58,919 nt of DNA from a virus (lineage: Duplodnaviria > Caudoviricetes): the IMG/VR virus record IMGVR_UViG_3300034283_003118, positions 1 to 58,919 of that record; one strand, written 5' to 3'. Positions 54,628 to 58,919 of this stretch are shown piece after piece. Within the stretch, counting starts at the first letter, position 1, and the number at the start of each line of letters is the position of its first letter. Made by a program: the position numbers and the translations under genes. The notes under the pieces are model-generated. The model searched no databases. It saw nothing but the letters and a program-made list of their open reading frames with translations, and was not told where the DNA came from.

Positions 54628-56775
54628 TTACTTCTGGTCGATGAGGTTAATATATTCCACCACTGCTTCGAAGTCCATACGGAAATCGCAATGAACGTAA
54701 CGCAATAGAGGATAACGTTTGAGCACTTGTGCAGCTTCTTTCTTTATCAACTTTATCTGCTCTGTCACGGGCGACTTAATTCCAAAAATTTGGAACAAAT
54801 CGTTTAAGCTGTTGCCATCAACCACGCCTTGATCTTTAAAGTTCAGCTTCTCACTTAATTGACGATAAGCACTGTTGGGGCTCAACTGATCTGCTACACG
54901 TTTATTGTAGCAAAGTTTTTCGTAGCAGTCAATGGATTGTCTAAACAAATTCCCAACCTTCTTGGTGTCGAACGTTGTGAGAGACTCAACCATAAACTGT
55001 TCAAGATTGATCCAATTGGGCATAGCCTGAACCTTGCTGAGATCAGCCTTCCGAACACCGTAGATATTCAGTGTGTTAAACAACCCAGATTTCTGTATTT
55101 TGTCGTAGAGCATCTTGATGTCAGAGATTTTGAAATCGCTGATCACTTCATAGTTGCTCAAGGGCATATAATAAAACTTGGCGTCGGTGTCAAAACTTGC
55201 CAAGTCACTAGTTGCCTGCCAAACCAGTTCCCTTCGAGCAGAATAGCTGCCGTGGTTGCGTGGTTGCAGCATCAAAATAGTCACATTGGATGCTCTGGCT
55301 TTGCGCTCTTCTTGATCCAACGAACTGACTTTCTGGATCTGTTTGGCCTGTGGATTGTAGATTGCATCATAGAACGCTTGAACGTTCATGGGTTTCTTAC
55401 GATCCAACGGATCCAGGACGAAGAACGTATTGCGGATATTGTTTTTTCGAGCATGATACTGAGTGCGCTGTAAGGCTCCAACTTTGGTATCATTTTCCAC
55501 AAACATATGTCCAGGGTCGATCTCGATGTTCCAACGTTTTATGTTTTGATTTGTATTATAATCATACTCATTGCTGGCTTTCAGCCTGTTTAGAGTGCTA
55601 TAGTATCCAGCTGACCGAAACGACGACAAATTGATGTTCCATTCAACCAACTGGGTTTCACTGAGCTTTATGATCTTGGAAACGAGTCCACGTGTCCAAG
55701 AATAAGCAGGATGAGGATTTCTTGTCAGATATTCTACTATCACTGAACGCCATAGTTTGTGTCGACTCTTTTCCTGTAGTAGTTCGAATCGTTCCCAAAC
55801 ATTATCCACACACCCAACACTCTGAACCAGTCGATCAAACAGTGCTGAGTTTAGCTGTTCCAGTCGTTGGCGAATATTTTTGATAGTATTCGCGTCGTAA
55901 CTGAGGCCCTCACGGCTGGCTTGAAAATCCAGTTCCCCGATGTTAAATTCAAGTACCAGATTGCAGTTCAATAACTCGGACAGATGCTTCAAATTTTCTT
56001 GTGCATTGGGGATCTGAATCGGATAGGCAATGTTTCCCATGACCGCATAACAAGCGCCTTGACCGACGCCGTGATACACTGAAGCTTCAAAAAGGTGAAC
56101 ACCTGGAATCAAATTTTGTTCAACGTATTTTACTTTGTAATCCGTCACATACTGGGCAAAATGATCGTTGCCGTAAACCTTTGGTATCAGCTGAAACCAA
56201 CTGTATACATCTACTGCTTCGTCGCGGAACTTGGAAAAGTCTTGACCATTTACGCTGAACTTGATTTCCACGCCATTGGGTTCATCAGTCTGCATGCTGC
56301 TCATCAGCGCGATGCTGGGTACTCCCTGCTCGTTAATAAAAGCAGTGTATACACCACAAACACCATCCTTTACCGCAGTCACTGTGAAGTTGTCAGTGTA
56401 GCTAAACGGACTCTTGCTGCCCAACCCCAGTGCGCCGATAAATTCGTTGCTGGTGGTCTTGGTACTTTCGAAGTAGGTGGTGTAGATATTGGTCACTTGA
56501 TCGTGATTCAAACCCACGCCATAATCCCGGATACTAAACCAGGGCTCAAACCCGTTGGGCAGGTGAACATCAAAAGGAAGGTCGGGGCAACCAGCAGCCA
56601 CGTGACTGTCAACTGCATTGCAGCTGAGTTCGCGGATGATAGCTCGAATCTTGTTCGCATACAGGCCACTGCTTAAAATTTGGAAACTTTTTGCCGTCGC
56701 TTTGATAGCAAAATTGTTCACTTGAGCGACGTTGCTGAGTACTGCATTATTTTCAGGTGTGTTGTTGATAATCAT
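54628..56775 (-). CDS. rIIA: rIIA-like GHKL ATPase
   Basis: IRELSCNAVD, RDYGVG, STK, GLGSKSPF. Confidence 0.92.
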   Translation of the reverse strand: MIINNTPENNAVLSNVAQVNNFAIKATAKSFQILSSGLYANKIRAIIRELSCNAVDSHVAAGCPDLPFDVHLPNGFEPWFSIRDYGVGLNHDQVTNIYTTYFESTKTTSNEFIGALGLGSKSPFSYTDNFTVTAVKDGVCGVYTAFINEQGVPSIALMSSMQTDEPNGVEIKFSVNGQDFSKFRDEAVDVYSWFQLIPKVYGNDHFAQYVTDYKVKYVEQNLIPGVHLFEASVYHGVGQGACYAVMGNIAYPIQIPNAQENLKHLSELLNCNLVLEFNIGELDFQASREGLSYDANTIKNIRQRLEQLNSALFDRLVQSVGCVDNVWERFELLQEKSRHKLWRSVIVEYLTRNPHPAYSWTRGLVSKIIKLSETQLVEWNINLSSFRSAGYYSTLNRLKASNEYDYNTNQNIKRWNIEIDPGHMFVENDTKVGALQRTQYHARKNNIRNTFFVLDPLDRKKPMNVQAFYDAIYNPQAKQIQKVSSLDQEERKARASNVTILMLQPRNHGSYSARRELVWQATSDLASFDTDAKFYYMPLSNYEVISDFKISDIKMLYDKIQKSGLFNTLNIYGVRKADLSKVQAMPNWINLEQFMVESLTTFDTKKVGNLFRQSIDCYEKLCYNKRVADQLSPNSAYRQLSEKLNFKDQGVVDGNSLNDLFQIFGIKSPVTEQIKLIKKEAAQVLKRYPLLRYVHCDFRMDFEAVVEYINLIDQK

Positions 56776-56781
56776 GTGTTT

Positions 56782-57009
56782 TTAACCAACCAAGGACAAT
56801 TTCTTTTCAATCATCTTCTTTTCCAGTGCAGCAAAAATTGCTGGGAGAAACTTATCAGGAATTGAAATTCGATTACAAATTTTTCCATCGCTGTCGACGC
56901 AGCGAATATCTGTCATACCCAAAGCGTCTGCATCATCGCAAACTTCAAAACGGTCACCGGAATCGTCGTCCCAAATTTTATAACAAACTTCCGTCGTAAT
57001 TCGCGCCAT
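56782..57009 (-). CDS. Early hypothetical protein
   Basis: SD and sigma70-type promoter upstream. Confidence 0.65.
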   Translation of the reverse strand: MARITTEVCYKIWDDDSGDRFEVCDDADALGMTDIRCVDSDGKICNRISIPDKFLPAIFAALEKKMIEKKLSLVG

Positions 57010-57090
57010 TTGTTTTCCTTGTGTAGTGTGTGTTTTCTGCTACTCTTTTAGTATAGCAAATTGGGCAAGCAAATGCAACCAAATTGTTTA

Positions 57091-57306
57091 CTATTTGGAG
57101 ATGACGTACCAGGTCAACTGTTCAGGCAGAATCTTCACCAGCTGAACAGGGTATTGCATTTTAGATCCAGGATAGCTGTTAATTTTAACTCGAATTTGCT
57201 TGGGAGTAAATTTTTCAATTACCCCAACATCGTACGAACGATATCCGTCCTGAATTAAGATAACATGATCGCCAATGGCCAGCTCTTGATTTAAGAAATC
57301 TTTCAT
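57091..57306 (-). CDS. Small SH3-like early protein
   Basis: DFLNQELAIGDHV..KFTPKQ. Confidence 0.65.
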   Translation of the reverse strand: MKDFLNQELAIGDHVILIQDGYRSYDVGVIEKFTPKQIRVKINSYPGSKMQYPVQLVKILPEQLTWYVISK

Positions 57307-57412
57307 CGAAACTGTCTCCTGTGTGCTGTGTTACTGCTACTCTTTTAGTATAACAGTTTGGGCAATCTGGGTCAACCAAATGCAAATTTAATTGCCTTTG
57401 GTTTTCAACAGT

Positions 57413-57610
57413 TTATACAGAAACGTCGAATACAGTTTCTTGTATTTCGTAACTGTACCCATTGAGGCCGTCCAGTTTACGACGTTCCTGTTCGCACTGA
57501 ACGTAGAATTCAGCTTTTTCGCGATAAGCAAACACTTTGTCAAGGTTTTTGTACTCTTTATTTTCATAAAGAGGAGAGTAGATTTCAAATACAACCCAAA
57601 CTGGTGTCAT
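57413..57610 (-). CDS. Early hypothetical protein
   Basis: AAGGA SD. Confidence 0.6.
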   Translation of the reverse strand: MTPVWVVFEIYSPLYENKEYKNLDKVFAYREKAEFYVQCEQERRKLDGLNGYSYEIQETVFDVSV

Positions 57611-57633
57611 ATTGATCCTTTGTTTTCAACAAC

Positions 57634-58152
57634 TTACACAGGGCGGCTGATCTGGTCCAAAATGGCCCACAGATTGCCCAGTGCAGGGTACTGGTTGATA
57701 TGATTTGCGTTGTAAAGAGCATTTCGGAACTTGGGGTACTCAGCACAGTACTTAGAGTACATGCTGCTACCCTGTTTCTGGCTGTAGCGAGTGTTGGCAA
57801 TGCGGTCCGCAACCTTAACAATCACAGCCAACGGATTGGCTGCAATTTTGGGGTAGGTGCGTTCAGCACGTTCCCGGCGGTTCTTGCCCAGTTCGTTGGT
57901 AACGTCGTACACCACATCAGCTGTGGCTTCGCCCACTTGGTTCTTCAGGTCGTTGTAGGTGATAGAGGTGTCTTCCAGCAAATCGTGGCAAAGAGCAGCC
58001 TTCATAATCACGTCGTTGTCGCCAAACAGCGGCAGCAACACGTTGTACACATCCATCAAGTGTACTGAGTAGGGCTGGTTGTCGTAAAACAAATTGCGTT
58101 GAGCGTGCAAATTGCTGGCGTAGTCTGCGGTGTTTTGATGTTGTTGTTTCAT
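57634..58152 (-). CDS. Stand-alone HD hydrolase of the SpoT/Mesh1 (small alarmone hydrolase) type
   Basis: H..Q..PYSVH, HDLLEDT, VKVADRIAN. Confidence 0.85.
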   Translation of the reverse strand: MKQQHQNTADYASNLHAQRNLFYDNQPYSVHLMDVYNVLLPLFGDNDVIMKAALCHDLLEDTSITYNDLKNQVGEATADVVYDVTNELGKNRRERAERTYPKIAANPLAVIVKVADRIANTRYSQKQGSSMYSKYCAEYPKFRNALYNANHINQYPALGNLWAILDQISRPV

Positions 58153-58205
58153 TGTTCTTTTAGTATAGCAAGTTGAGCGGGGTTAGTCAACCAAACTGCA
58201 AAGTT

Positions 58206-58428
58206 TTAGGGCAGATATTTTTTGAAGACCTTGTAAGCAAGTTCCTCTACACGATCACGACGCCGCCAGTAAGCAGTCACAAAATCAGGAGAAGGCACTG
58301 CACGAAGTCTACGTTTCCACATAGCAACACTATAACAGCTATATTGTTCGGCCGCTGCTTTGGCGGTATGGTACCACCGGCCATTGATCTTAACCGACGG
58401 GCGATTTTGAATGGTGATTTTGTTTTTC
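58206..58428 (-). CDS. Basic early hypothetical protein
   Basis: MKNKITIQ.. follows the stop at 58435. Confidence 0.55.
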
Positions 58429-58434
58429 ATTTTC

Positions 58435-58647
58435 TTACCATTCTTTGCGATCAGTACACTCGGTGTAGCCAGCCATGTACTCAGCCACTCCTTCTGCCGA
58501 AGTGACCAGCACTTCTTCTCCGCAGTGGGTGCCCTCAGGCCACCAATGTGGTTTGGGTTCACGCCCATAGTAAGCGTCAGCGGCACCGCGGTCATAAAAG
58601 CCACCGTGCCTGTTACGGTCAAATTGAGGAAGCGTTGTGTTTTCCAT
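58435..58647 (-). CDS. Small phage protein
   Basis: HGGFYDRGAADAYYGR..PH..YMAGY. Confidence 0.7.
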   Translation of the reverse strand: MENTTLPQFDRNRHGGFYDRGAADAYYGREPKPHWWPEGTHCGEEVLVTSAEGVAEYMAGYTECTDRKEW

Positions 58648-58701
58648 TACTCTTTTATGATAGCAAACAGGCTAAAAATTGTCAACCAAATTTAAAAATC
58701 A

Positions 58702-58728
58702 CAAAGGCCGACTTTTAGTCGGCCTTTG
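58702..58728 (-). terminator. Intrinsic terminator hairpin
   Basis: CAAAGGCCGAC-N5-GTCGGCCTTTG. Confidence 0.75.
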
Positions 58729-58812
58729 GGTGGTTATTCAGTTGTATCCAGTATGGTTTGGTTATAGGAAACCAGTCCGCAAACCAAACCATCCTGGGGT
58801 TAAGGTTGGAGG

Positions 58813-58919
58813 TTAGCCCAGCTCGGCGCTGAGCACACGCTCCCAGCGAACGCTGCGCCATTCGGACTTCTGGGTGTCCCAAACAGCCTGCATCTGATCA
58901 TTGCTGCGAGCAGCCTTGG
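58813..58919 (-). CDS. Partial (3' end) WYL_2/DUF2693-like SH3 protein
   Basis: ...AVWDTQKSEWRSVRWERV..*; runs off the window. Confidence 0.55.
   Translation of the reverse strand, partial: KAARSNDQMQAVWDTQKSEWRSVRWERVLSAELG

Larger units (their letters stand above)
57040..58691 (-). promoter_or_regulatory. Four similar early promoters (about 57040-57084, 57337-57381, 58155-58197, 58650-58691)
   Basis: TTTGG-TTG(ACN/CAT)-N17-TA(TACT/TCAT)-AAAAGA in four intergenic gaps. Confidence 0.8.

Noticed and set aside
1-58919. Window-wide TAG reassignment (genetic code 15)
   Set aside because: Code 11 tiles the window densely, several genes end sensibly at TAG, and I found only one TAG-interrupted gene.

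Overview
A 59-kb, mostly minus-strand segment of a large lytic T4-like/jumbo-type dsDNA phage. It encodes rIIA/rIIB, clamp loader, sliding clamp, family B DNA polymerase, RNase H, PhoH, ClpA/DnaJ, and a spanin-lipase-holin block that implies a diderm host. Sigma70-type promoters and TAAATA late promoters are visible. Five features stand out. (1) A 7-deazaguanine DNA-modification region (DpdA-like TGT, DpdL-like QueD paralog, GT-B glycosyltransferase, FolE, QueD, QueE) has no QueC in the window, but it has NadE, a preQ1-I-like RNA before queD and a T13 tract that frameshifts queE. (2) polB is fractured by a natural split intein with a free-standing endonuclease between the halves. (3) Fifteen unrelated genes, most in a ~14-kb array, share an N-terminal M-x-(L/I/F)-x-E-(F/L/I) leader resembling the T4 capsid-targeting sequence; some look like protease-cleaved polyproteins. 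(4) An atypical tRNA with a CUA (amber) anticodon lies ~200 bp upstream of a gene with an in-frame TAG at codon 3. (5) Several AT-rich homing endonuclease insertions are present, one of which replaced the 3' end of its host gene. Four frameshifts fall in homopolymers and may be assembly errors. All product calls come from reading motifs by eye; no database searches were run.
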